From Ginkgo biloba (taxonomy: Eukaryota; Plantae; Ginkgophyta): a DNA stretch of 21,888 nucleotides. The notes beneath the pieces are model-generated. The model did no database searches, was not told the origin of the DNA, and worked only from the letters and a program-made list of their open reading frames with translations. The position numbers and the translations under genes were made by a program. Location of the stretch: NCBI GenBank assembly GCA_024626585.2, contig JANKJI020000002.1:177552328-177574215 (forward strand), given 5' to 3'. Shown here piece by piece: positions 1 to 12,000 of the stretch (the first letter of the stretch is position 1; each line of letters opens with the position of its first letter).

Positions 1-98
1 TAAATTTTTAAGGGGGAAGAGTATAATAGATTTTGATCAAAAGTTTCTTAAATGAGGATGTTCAAATTTTATGCTAGGTGTTAATGTTAACAAGTAAA

Positions 99-203
99 AG
101 TGCGCCATTCACTAAAGCCTATATATCATTCACTTAATATGATATACCATTCACTAAATCTTGTGTGCCATTTGATGAATCTTGTGCACCATTCGATGAA
201 TCT
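99..203. repeat. Degenerate 21-bp tandem repeat, 5 copies
   Basis: Units at 99, 120, 141, 162 and 183: agtgcgccattcactaaagcc / tatatatcattcacttaatat / gatataccattcactaaatct / tgtgtgccatttgatgaatct / tgtgcaccattcgatgaatct. Confidence 0.75.
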
Positions 204-526
204 TATGAAATGTTTGTTGAGAAATAATACACTATTTTCTAGACTATAATCATAATTTATTAGCATATATAAGAAGTGATTAAGATGTGGTTAAGGAAAG
301 TAGGGGGACACCCTTCATTTTGTGATATTACACATTTTTCTCTTGTAACTCTTGTATAGGTATTTATTATAAGTTGCTTGAAGGAAAACATATCATAAAT
401 ATATGAATTTATCTTATTTTATATACTTTAGTTTCTCCTTTCACATGTGTTACATTTTACATCCATGATACATATTATATAATGTTTTGCATATCAATTC
501 TCATGAATGCCACAATAACTATTGTA

Positions 527-1004
527 TGTTAGATTACGATTCAGCCACCATGGTTAATGGTTTCGACTTCCATTCTCTAAATACAGAATTGTTGGTGAAA
601 GCAACTCCCTATTGTTTGGGTTTTTAGAAGTCTCCCGTTGACTGCGTGGATTGCATTTGCTGCAAGAGCGATTCAGACAACGACATTTGGTTCTGTTGCC
701 TTCTCTGAGTCTGAAAGTTTCTCTCAATGAGTATTGAAATTGATGACTGAGAGTGTGAATACCTTGGCTACCTTGGCGAGTGCACTCACGTTTTAAACAA
801 TGGTTCAAAGGGTAGCCAGGGGTCTTTGCCATGCCTCCAAAGGAGCAACCCGTGGTGGATGTTAGGGTGGTATAGAGGGAAAGAAGGGATCAAGTGAAGG
901 GACAAGAAGTAGTAAAAGCTGCTCAGAAGAAAGGACATAGGAACGCTTCTAAAAAGAGTGAAAGCTTGATCTAGTCAAGACTAGGTAGTAGCATGGCATA
1001 GGGA
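527..1004 (+). mobile_element. Possible 5' end of an LTR retrotransposon: short LTR (527-799), degenerate PBS (801-811) and start of a gag-like ORF (831-)
   Basis: TGTT at 527 and AACA ending at 799; GC content rises near 527. TGGTTCAAAGG at 801 resembles the tRNA-iMet PBS TGGTATCAGAGC (one deletion, two substitutions). ATG at 831 reads MPPKEQPVVDVRVV*RERRDQ with TAG stops. No second LTR is visible. Confidence 0.35.
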
Positions 1005-1104
1005 NNNNNNNNNNNNNNNNNNNNNNNNNNNNNNNNNNNNNNNNNNNNNNNNNNNNNNNNNNNNNNNNNNNNNNNNNNNNNNNNNNNNNNNNNNNNNNNN
1101 NNNN

Positions 1105-2242
1105 TCTCCATTCATAGGAGATGACATAGGGATTCCCACCATAATTGCACATTTACACATAATGATTAGAATTAGATAAGATCTCCTATGCAACTTTAAT
1201 CCATCCAACATCATGCAATAGTGGTTGTTCTCTAGATCTTCATCCCCCTCAAAGTAGCTTTGCATTCCCATTGATTGGTTCAATGGAATTCTCCAAATTT
1301 ATGGTTCCTCTTCAAAAAATTGCCTTCATTCATAAGAAATTAGTACATCAAAATTAGGATTGGCGGCCTATAGAAGAGGTACATATGCCTTATATGGGCC
1401 TCCTTCAACACTAACAAATTCAACATGTCCACCTCCTGGTTCTGTAACTAATGTAGATTCATGTGCTCCTACAAAGTTTAAAATATCTGATAGTTTGGAT
1501 CCTCTCTAAAAAACGTTGCCAATAATAGTAACTCTTTCTCATTTTTGTAGTCACCTATGTAATAATAAGACTTGTATGAAACTGAATGCAGTGATGTTTC
1601 CTTATATGGCACTATAATAATAAAAAACCTCAATGGCATCTTAAAAAATCACACATTCTGTGAACTTTCCACTGATAACCATTTATCAAGATAAGGTATA
1701 TAAGACTAAAAGATTCTAAGAACAAGAAAAATGTGACTCCTTCTAATGTTCTGGTGTAGGAGATAGGAATTGATATAAAGTAATTGACAACTCAAGAGGT
1801 TATGATTTTTCATAAAGTCTCATTTGAGGATTTAAAACTTAATGTTGATGAATTAACTTTATATAATGTGTAGTTGAGAGATCATAATCTCACCTTAGTT
1901 GTAATAATCAATGAATATGAGTCTTCTTTTGCTCCTCCCATTCTAGTGCAAGCTATTCAGGTGATTGGGCCTTAAAATGATTCAGAATTACAAAGAAAAA
2001 TTTGTAATTCCAACATATGCCAAAATGATTTTGTACAATATGTAAAGGGCATGGAAAAGGATATGGTTAAAGAAGGGTCATAGTTATGGATGATGGATGA
2101 TAAAATTAAGGCACTTATCATTAATAACTCAACATTCTTAGAAGCCTATCCTAAGCTGATAAAAGAATATGAAGAATTATTGGAAAAAGAACTAGTAGAA
2201 TACAGTAAATTCATCAACCAACGAAGTGGAGATCCATATCTT
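1105..2242 (+). pseudogene. Decayed long ORF of unknown product, probably a retrotransposon accessory ORF
   Basis: From 1105: SPFIGDDIGIPTIIAHLHIMIRIR*DLLCNFNPSNIMQ*...LCIPIDWFNGILQ...PPSTLTNSTCPPPGS. After a frameshift, about 1714-2242: DSKNKKNVTPSNVLV*EIGIDIK*LTTQEVMIFHK...LEAYPKLIKEYEELLEKELVEY. Stops are sparse TAA/TAG, consistent with deaminated CAA/CAG. Confidence 0.5.
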
Positions 2243-2544
2243 ANNNNNNNNNNNNNNNNNNNNNNNNNNNNNNNNNNNNNNNNNNNNNNNNNNNNNNNNN
2301 NNNNNNNNNNNNNNNNNNNNNNNNNNNNNNNNNNNNNNNNNNNAAATACTTTTGTATGTTGTCTATGGGACATCAGAGGAGAGGGAGTGGAAGATATTAT
2401 AATGAATGAAATGCTCAGGGCAGTCCCAGGTTCAGGACTGCCCCTCATCTAGATGGAATAGCTATTGTGGTTATCTCTTGAATGATTATGCTTGTATGTA
2501 CCTTTTTGTGATGTGATTATACACCCATTGGCAAACCATAACCA

Positions 2545-3259
2545 ATAGATGGATTCAAATTTTATCTATCACCATATTGATACTTACATAAAAGCTAGGC
2601 ATATTCCATGGAAATAATATCCCATTAAGTCTAAATTGATTGAAACTATTAATGAGAAAGTTCAAAAACATCTAGATGTTCAGTTTATCTTCCCACTTAC
2701 CTTCACTAAGTGGGTAGAAAAGATCTAACTCATAAAAAAAAAGAATAGAGCCATCTAAATATGTTTAGATTTTAGAGACCTCAATAAGGTCTCCCTAAAA
2801 GATAATCATCCCACTCCATTCATTGATGAAATAATTGATTCCAAGGATGGACATAAGCTTTTGTCATTAATGGAAAGATTTTTAGGTTATAATTAAATAC
2901 TTATAGTTGAGAGGGATTATATTAAAATAGGCTCTGACACACCATAGGGTACTTTTACCTATTTTATTATGACCTTTNNNNNNNNNNNNNNNNNNNNNNN
3001 NNNNNNNNNNNNNNNNNNNNNNNNNNNNNCATGATTTATTACATATAAATTTTAATTCTTTTTTGGATGATTTGAGTTTAAATTCCCATAAGCGTCAAAA
3101 CCATTTTGATGCACTATGTGTTATTTTTAAATATTGTTTCATGTACTACATTATCTTGAATCCATACAAGTGTGTTTTGGGTGTTCTTTGATAATTATTA
3201 CTTTGTTATATTATTTCTAACCAAGGTATACATGTCAAGTCCATAAAATTTGTGACTAT
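2545..3259 (+). pseudogene. Reverse transcriptase domain (gypsy, Tat-like), inactivated
   Basis: From about 2760: ICLDFRDLNKVSLKDNHPTPFIDEIIDSKDGHKLLSLMERFLGYN*I...TP*GTFTYFIMTF. Catalytic YxDD appears as FLDD at 3060-3071, followed by LNPYKCVLG and IISNQGIHV. Confidence 0.92.
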
Positions 3260-3489
3260 NNNNNNNNNNNNNNNNNNNNNNNNNNNNNNNNNNNNNNNNN
3301 NNNAAATTTTTTTGGAAATGTTATCCATATACATATATTCATTGTAGAATTTTCAAAGATTTCCATTCCTCTACATTAATTATCCCAAGCTAATAACCAT
3401 TTTCAATGGGATGTTAAAGCACAAAATATTTTGATCAACTCAATAGGTCCTCATATATTCTCCCATTATTATGCAATTGGATTTTGTAA

Positions 3490-3790
3490 AAAACTATATT
3501 ATATGTACATTTCTACATTTGATGTAGCCATAACAAGGTTCCTTATTAAGGAGGATGACTCTTGGATTAAGCATATGATATATTATATGAGAAAAACCTT
3601 GGTTGACTATGAGTGAATTATCCTAAGATAAATAGATAATTCCTTATAGTTGTTCATGAAACCAAAAGGTTAAGAAATTATATGTTACACAACCATTCCA
3701 AGGTCATACTCCTATCCAATCACCTCAAGTATCTCCTTGAAAAAACCAACTTGTTAGGACATTATGACCATTGGATTATTATCTTTATAT
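3490..3790 (+). pseudogene. Gypsy RNase H/tether domain, inactivated
   Basis: YYMYISTFDVAITRFLIKEDDSWIKHMIYYMRKTLVDYE then, after a frameshift, VVHETKRLRNYMLHNHSKVILLSNHLKYLLEKTNLLGHYDHWIII. Matches the Tat-type pattern IYYLSR.L...E.RY...KLRHY.L...KW. Confidence 0.8.
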
Positions 3791-3889
3791 TTTTTCTATC
3801 CTAAATATAGGAAGGATACGAGTTTAGTTTAACTAATTGCTAAGTTTCCTTATTCACCTCAATATCCTATTCTAATGGTTTATACTTTT

Positions 3890-5168
3890 CTCTCAAATGA
3901 TACATTATTTCTTATATCATATAAATATTAAAGGATTAAAGACATTATTTTATATTTAAGGGATTATACATATTCTCCTTACCTTTATAAGTATTAAAAC
4001 TACAATATTCACATTGAAGGTCCTAAATATGTTATTCTATATGACATTTTATACAATAGATCTATTGATGATTTCCTATAAAATTATGTCAAACATGATG
4101 AAGTGAAATTTATTCTTAATGAGTTCTAGTTTGGTGTATGTGGAGCTCATTTATTTTCTCTTAGTACAATAACTAAAATTATTAGAATGGGTTACCATTG
4201 GCCTATATATTTTAATGATTCTCACAAATCTATTAAATATTATTAAGAGGTGTTATCAATTTGTATTCACACAACATGCACCCTTATCTCAACTTCATCA
4301 TATAGTTGTATGCAGTCCCTTTACATAATGGAGCATTAATTTTATTAGTCTATTTTAACCTCATATAGGTATAATATATTTATATATTATCATAATAATT
4401 TATTACTCTACTAAGTGGGATGAGGCCATTATTTTTATAGAGTTTATGATAAAATTTCTATGATATTTATTTTTAATCAAATCATCACTATATTTGGTGT
4501 TCCACTTTCCATTGTCTTAAACAAAGGTAATGAGGTAATGGGGGAGTTATTAAATAAACATAGAATTTAACATTCCATTATTTCCTCCTACTATCCACAA
4601 TCTAATGGTTTAGTGGAAAAATTAAATAAAATATTGAAGATAATTACTCAATGAATAATTTATGAGAATTGTTAGATCAACACACAAGATTTATCCATCA
4701 TTATGATCCTATAAAACAACCACCAAGGTTACTGTAGATTTTGAATCCTTTTCATTGGTGTATGGATGATAATATATTATTCCCATTTAAGTGTACACTC
4801 CTTCTCTAATAATATCTATTCATAATCAACTATATCTGATAGAGGATTATTCTATTAGACTTATTAAATTAAAGAAATTGGATGAGACTTATCTTAGGGC
4901 CTAAGAGAATTTAGAAGCCCCTACCAAAAGAGTTAAAGATTCATATGATAAGAAGATTTTTCCTTGTATATTTGAGGAAGGATATTTAGTCTTATCATTT
5001 TATAAAGCCATAAATAAGTTAGGATCTAGTAATTTAAAATTTTAATGGTTGGAACCATTCATTTTTTATAAAGTTTTATATAAAGGTTCTTATGAATTAT
5101 CACATATGTATTGAAATTTATTTCTTGATCCTATAAATGGGCCATCCCTAAAGTGTTTATTTTATTGA
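3890..5168 (+). pseudogene. Gypsy integrase (HHCC zinc finger, DDE core, GPF/Y-type C-terminus), inactivated
   Basis: ILNEF*FGVCGAH (about 4110-4150), IIRMGYHWP, PFT*WSINF, YSTKWDEA, IITIFGVPLSIV, SSYYPQSNGLVEKLNK (YYPQSNG 4589-4609), FSLVYG, WLEPF...KGSYEL...PING. Confidence 0.9.
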
Positions 5169-6127
5169 GATCAAAATGATAGAATCCTCCCCCTTAAACC
5201 CTCTTGTTCATATTTTTCAAAAAAATTGTATTTAATTAAGATATTATATGTACCAATCAACATTTGGACACAATATTCCATTAAAATCGATAAGAAACTA
5301 AAGAGGGGAATAAGTTGATAATTTTTAGTTTATTTTTTATTTTATTTCACATAATAACCTAAGGGGAATGCATCACTTTTAGTCATTTGATATCACACCT
5401 TATAACAAAAGCCTCACAACTCTCCAGATACTAGTTTATCTCTTGAATCATGACCTTTTAGGGGGCATAAATAGTGTTCATTCTATATAGTGCATATCCA
5501 TGGTCCAAGTTGAGTCCATTAGCTTCATATTTAGATATTTACCATTTTTTTCTCCCTAGAAGGTGTTCCTTTTTAGTATTCAAAGGATTTTAGGTGTTAA
5601 TGGAACACATTATATTCTATAGCATTGAAATATTGATCAATTTCATTCAATACTTTCTAATTTGATTACAGTGAATTTTTGCATGGGTATAATGCATTCA
5701 TATGTTAATATAGTTTGATATTATTTATCATCACCATATGATCAACATCATTTTTCTATATGCTACATGGTATTCTTATTTTGACATATAATTAGGACAT
5801 TTTCCATTCTCATATGATATTAGATTATACATTTACATATTGATATATCATTTCATATATATCACCCACAAGGGTAAGACGTGTCCATATCCATGTGTAT
5901 TTTTTATTTTTTTATCATATTTTTTCATGGGGCTAAGGCATGTCTAGTGTTGTGCTTTTGAAAATGGTTAGCTCACATATTTTATGAGTGTTTCCTTTTA
6001 GGTGAGGATAAAGTGCTTATTGATGGTNNNNNNNNNNNNNNNNNNNNNNNNNNNNNNNNNNNNNNNNNNNNNNNNNNNNNNNNNNNNNNNNNNNNNNNNN
6101 NNNNNNNNNNNNNNNNNNNNNNNNNNN

Positions 6128-7225
6128 CTAAATATCAATTCACTTATAGTTTAACTATAGGTATTCCTTCAATAGAGGAAAATACCAAAAAATTTAATGA
6201 ATATGATAATACTTATGATCGGGCCATCAATTGATAATAAATTATATAATAAAAGTCATTTCACATTTATAGTTAATAAAGGGTCTACTTATAAGCAATC
6301 CCAAGTGAAAAAAAGGTATAAAAGATAATATGTCATATAGAAACTTATACACCATTAAAATTCCCACATGCTATTATAAGTGGAATAGTCATAATAATAA
6401 ATTCTATGTCCACCTACAACTAAGGTGCAAATAAAAAATTGCCTAGAACTCATCTATAGGTGAATATAAAACCACTTACAAACATGTTTCTTCTATTACT
6501 CCCTGTCATTTTCACTTGAGGATGTAGGTGAGATACTTCACCTCTCTCACCTACTCCATGTTATTGCTCTCTTCTCTCAACTAAAAACACCATCAACCGA
6601 CTGTAAGTAGACATTAATCGAGCCACAAACCTATTATCAACATCAAATTGGGCAGTCATTATTTTCTTCTAAAAGCTTCACAAAGTTGCCCCAAATGCAT
6701 CTACCAAGCCCAAATATATATTAATACAGTATTTATAACATAATATAATTGATGAGGATATTTCTTCCCTCATCATTCTCCTCCTCACTAAATTTATAAG
6801 TCCTCTTATGGACTAGCTTTAAGGGATTCTAATTCTTTAAAAGGAACTTCTCAAAAAGTTGCACCTGTAATATCTGCATGGGTAGATGAACTTGTTGGTT
6901 ATGGAACTATATGTTCTTCTACTCCTTGATAAATCCTTTCAAATTCCTCCTTGACTGACTCAATAGATTCTTCATATATTCCTTTTATAGGCTTCTTCAC
7001 GAGTCTAACACTCATTTACTAAGCCTACATCTATTATCTAAGGAAATTCCTTTCACAACATTTATCTACATCATATTTATCTAAATTTGTATATTGTACC
7101 CTAGGAACCAACCAAAAGTCCCTCAAATCATAAGAAGCATGGGATTGAAGCCCCAAAACTTGAGATCCTTCAAGGGTCCCCTTATGCCATCAATTACATT
7201 CTATATGACTCTAGGTACCAACTTT
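6128..7225 (-). mobile_element. Copy A of a repeated retroelement-like segment (3' part of the decayed antisense ORF plus downstream flank)
   Basis: Colinear with 7387-8470, e.g. cctccttgactgactcaatagattcttcatatattccttttataggcttctt (about 6947) vs cctccttgactaactcaatagattcttcctctattccttttataggcttctt (about 8194). Confidence 0.75.
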
Positions 7226-7325
7226 NNNNNNNNNNNNNNNNNNNNNNNNNNNNNNNNNNNNNNNNNNNNNNNNNNNNNNNNNNNNNNNNNNNNNNNNNNN
7301 NNNNNNNNNNNNNNNNNNNNNNNNN

Positions 7326-8996
7326 ACTACAGTTCATTCCTCTCCTAAGTGACCCAAATTCACTTATAAACAATTATAATGAATACTAAATGTGGGTCCA
7401 CCTACAGTTGTGATGTAGATATTCTATCAATAGATGAAAATACCATACACCCAACGGTGATGATAAAACTAGTGATAAGGTTGTCACTTGTCAAATAACA
7501 CATAAAAAAAATAATTTTACATCACTAGTTACATTAATAACAAGGCTCTACTTACAAGTATCATGTAAGTGAGTCAAAAGGCACAAAAGATTGCATAGCT
7601 TCACCCTCATGTGACTACAAGAAAATAAAATATAGTAATAAATGCTACACATTCCTATAACCGAGATGCAGGTGAAAAGTCACATGCATCTTGTATGTAG
7701 GTGGATAAAAAAACCACCTACATCTCATCTGTTATCCCCACTCACTTGCATATGGTTGTATCCCATCATGGATTCTTGTTGCTTTCACTTATGGGTGCAA
7801 GTGACATACTTTAGACCTCTCGCTCATTTTTCCTATAATTAGCATTAACCAACTATACATAGTCCCCCAATCCAGTCATAAATCCATTAATACAAACTGG
7901 GTAGTTGATGATATTCTTCTGAAATCTCCACAAAAATCATTCAAAACTCGTCCAACAAGCTCAAACATACATCTATACAAATCTTGAATAATACAAATGA
8001 TGGGAGAATTTCTTCCCTCATCATTCACTCCCTCACTAAATTCACAAGTCGTCTTGTGATTTGGCTTCGAGGCCCTCTCATTCTTCAAAACAAACCTCTA
8101 AAAAGGATTCACCAACAACATCTGCATGGGAGGATGAATCCTCTGGTTTTGGAACCATCTTCTCTACTATTCCTTGGTAAATATGTTCCATGGCCTCCTT
8201 GACTAACTCAATAGATTCTTCCTCTATTCCTTTTATAGGCTTCTTTCGAAGGTTAACACTCATTCGTTAAGCTTGCATTTGATATCTAATGACATTCCTT
8301 TCATGACATTTATATGCATCCTATTTATGTAAATATGTATAATGTACCCCATATATCAACCAAAATTACCTCAAATTATATGGAAGATAGGTTGGGAGCC
8401 CTAAAATTAATACCCTTTAGCCCCCCCCATGCCATCGATGAAATTCCATAAGACTCTAGGCACTGACTTGAATCCTAATGGGAAAGGAAATGAAAAAATA
8501 ATCAAGAAGATAAAAATTATTGATATAGGAATTCCTAATATCTTGGATAAATTTAATCAAGTCACTATATTAATACAATGCTAGTTTATATGTTTATAAA
8601 TTATATGGCTTCTGGCCTTGTAATTCTTGAGAATCTATAAATTCCCTAATCCTCACTTGAACACCTATAAGAAAACTACTCTCCAATTGGTCATTTTGTT
8701 CACCCCACATATTAATAACAAAATTTATATTTAATTTTATTATCCTCCTACACTCTTTAAGCTCTCAAGTGGTGTGAATGATAATCAATTTCTCTTTCAT
8801 CATCTAGGCTATTACCTCTCACCTACAATCTTATGCTAGTTTTATTACTCTAAAATAGTGAAAGACACCTTAACCACCATTCCTCTATCCTAAAAATAGA
8901 CATCACCCTTCACATATAAACATCCCCCATTAGCACACCTATATTAAAATCATCATCTTCTAAAAGTAAATAACCTACAACATACATTTTTGCCAA
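7326..8996 (-). mobile_element. Copy B of the repeated segment, with the C-terminal part of the decayed minus-strand ORF
   Basis: Minus-strand ORF pieces LAKMYVVGYLLLEDDDFNIGVLMGDVYM, MSVNLRKKPIKGIEEESIELVKEAMEHIYQG and DLYRCMFELVGRVLNDFCGDFRR. Homologous to copy A (7387-8470) and to copy C (8280-8996). Confidence 0.75.
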
Positions 8997-9096
8997 NNNN
9001 NNNNNNNNNNNNNNNNNNNNNNNNNNNNNNNNNNNNNNNNNNNNNNNNNNNNNNNNNNNNNNNNNNNNNNNNNNNNNNNNNNNNNNNNNNNNNNNN

Positions 9097-12000
9097 CTAA
9101 AAATAACAATCATTTGATAAACCTACATATGTTCTCTAATGAAATTCCTCTCCCAATATTTATCTATATCCTATTTATCTAGATGTTCACAAGGTACCCC
9201 AAAAATCCACCAAAAGTTCCTCAAATAATAAGGACCATTGGATGGGATCCCCAAAACTTAAGACCCTTTAGGGGAATCCTAATTCCTTTAATGATATTCT
9301 ATAAAACTTTACGCACCAACTCCCACCCTAATAGAAATGGGAATAAATAAAGGATTTGGAAGATAATAGTTCCTAACATAAAAAGTCCCAATAACTTGGA
9401 TGCATTTAATTAAGTTGTTCTATTAAGACATGCCCAATTGATATTTTTTAAAATTATATGGATCCTATTCCTATAATGCTCAAAACTCTATAAATTCCCC
9501 AATGCTTTCCTGAACACCTATAAGAAAACTATTCTCATATTAGGCCTTTTGTTCACCTCACATCCTAATCACCAAATTCAAATTATTTTGATAATCCTCC
9601 CATGTTCTTATATATCATAATTTTTTTGTATTCTAATCAACTAATCTTTAATCATCTAGGTGATTAGCTCTCACCTACAATCTCATGCTAGTTTTATTAC
9701 TCTAAAATAGTTCAAGTTTCCTTGACCTCCATTCCTCTATCCTAAGAATGGACATAATCCATCGCAGATGAGCATCCCCCATCAGCACACCCGGATGGAA
9801 ATCATCATCTTCTGGAAGCAAAGAACCTGCAACATACATTTCTGCCAACAAATTTCGATCGTGTATACTTGTAACTCTCTAAAAAGCTTTCACCCTTTCT
9901 TGACTGTTGGGTAACAATGGAGTAGAAGTACCCAATTATCTTAATTGCATTGCCAAAAATATCTCTCTCCCCATCAAAGCATAAGTACGTGTTGGGCATC
10001 TCATTTGGACCATCTGAAACCCAAGCTTGATGGCCCTATCCAACTGTTTCCAAAACGGTTCTCAAAAACTTTAGCACCCAATAATTCGATTGCAACGGGA
10101 ATAACAGCCAATTGTTTCTTCAACTGAACAATTTCGTCCAAAACCTCCCCTTCTCTGCTACCAAACCACTGTGGGTCCCTCGACTCCCACATCTTTACTT
10201 GCTCTTTCAATAAAACATTCTCCTCTACATACCTTTATTCCTTACCTCATAGCTCTTGGACTAAGTATGCCATCTGCTCATAATCACTCATAGATTTCTT
10301 AATTTTGTCATGTTGAGTGATCAATTTCCTTATCCTCATATCATCTTCTTTCAAGGATTTCATCAGTTGTAGCGATTGAGCCTTGTTCACATAAAAGTAT
10401 TGATATTCATCATTACTAAGTAACACTCCTACATAATATTTAGTTAGTTCCTAAATTTGTTATTTAAAAATTTTAACTCTCTTTTTTAATTCTTCATTTT
10501 CCATAAGAACTCTATTCCCATATATATCAAAATGTTCTAACTTATTTTTTAAATCCTTTTCAACATCCTTCACCACTTAGCTATATCCACATGTCTACAA
10601 TCTAGCTTACTGCATCCCTAAGGCTAGCATCTTTCTCTTCAGTTTTCCCTTCCAAGTTTATTACATACTACTTCTAATTGTTAATCTCTTCCCATAGTCT
10701 CTCATTTTCTTTAGCCAACAAATGATTAATAGAATGATACATGTGTACTCTTCTTTCCATCAATAACTAGGTATCCATATCGTCATTTCTAGGAAAAGGT
10801 TTAAGGCCCACACCTTCAGATTTTGATTCTTTCCTCACTTGCACTAAAGGTGTAGGTGAGAAACCCTATTCATGGGCTATTCCCTTTACTTATTTCTTCT
10901 CATCCACTTACACTAAAGGTGTAAGTGAGAAACCTTATTTGTGGTATTTTACCCCTACTTATTTATTCTCCTTCATTTACATTGAAGATGCAGATGAATG
11001 CACATTCTCCTATTCCTCATCCTTTTCTATCCATTTAGTGGGTGAAGGTGACTATAAATCTAGATTTTCTTCCTTTTTCTCATGTTCAATTGCCTAGTTG
11101 ACCTTTCATAGCCTTTTTTATCTTATTATTATAAACTTAGATATAGGTGAAGTTTCATACTCTTCCTCTTATTTTGATGATATCTTAACCATTTATTTCC
11201 CTGTAGGGGACCAATTTCTTTTCTTATGGGAAAATTTCAAATTCACTTATACCCTAGGTGCAGGAAAAAAATTTTTCTTCTCTAATTCCTTTATAGCTCT
11301 TGTTTCCTTCTCTTGAACACCTTTCCTTTCCCTTATATAATTCACCTTCACCCTTTATGAGGGTGAGGAAAAATACGCTAATAATAAATTTTTTTAATTT
11401 CCTATTCTTGTGATGCATGAAAATTCCCTTTCTCCTAAGATGTAGGAGGAATTAACTTCCTATGGGGTGAATATGAAGTCACCTTCTCTTGAGTTATAGG
11501 TGAAAATTTTCTCTATTCTAAATATATAGGAACTTTTAGAAAGGAATAAATGATCAATTAGATCACACCTAATTTNNNNNNNNNNNNNNNNNNNNNNNNN
11601 NNNNNNNNNNNNNNNNNNNNNNNNNNNNNNNNNNNNNNNNNNNNNNNNNNNNNNNNNNNNNNNNNNNNNNNNNNNNNNNNNNNNNNNNNNNNNNNNNNNN
11701 NNNNNNNNNNNNNNNNNNNNNNNNNNNNNNNNNNNNNNNNNNNNNNNNNNNNNNNNNNNNNNNNNNNNNNNNNNNNNNNNNNNNNNNNNNNNNNNNNNNN
11801 NNNNNNNNNNNNNNNNNNNNNNNNNNNNNNNNNNNNNNNNNNNNNNNNNNNNNNNNNNNNNNNNNNNNNNNNNNNNNNNNNNNNNNNNNNNNNNNNNNNN
11901 NNNNNNNNNNNNNNNNNNNNNNNNNNNNNNNNNNNNNNNNNNNNNNNNNNNNNNNNNNNNNNNNNNNNNNNNNNNNNNNNNNNNNNNNNNNNNNNNNNNN

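Larger units (their letters stand above)
2545..5168 (+). mobile_element. pol: Decayed Ty3/gypsy (non-chromovirus, Tat/Athila-like) pol: RT - RNase H - integrase
   Basis: Domain order RT-RH-INT with recognisable motifs (see sub-features). Many stops and frameshifts. Ends PINGPSLKCLFY* at 5168 with no chromodomain. Confidence 0.93.

Noticed and set aside
9-30. Purine tract aagggggaagag as a PPT preceding an LTR
   Set aside because: It is not followed by a clear TG terminus, and no partner LTR or upstream context is visible.
554-832. 92-aa minus-strand Cys-containing ORF
   Set aside because: No recognisable domain; it lies antisense to the candidate LTR and is likely a chance ORF.
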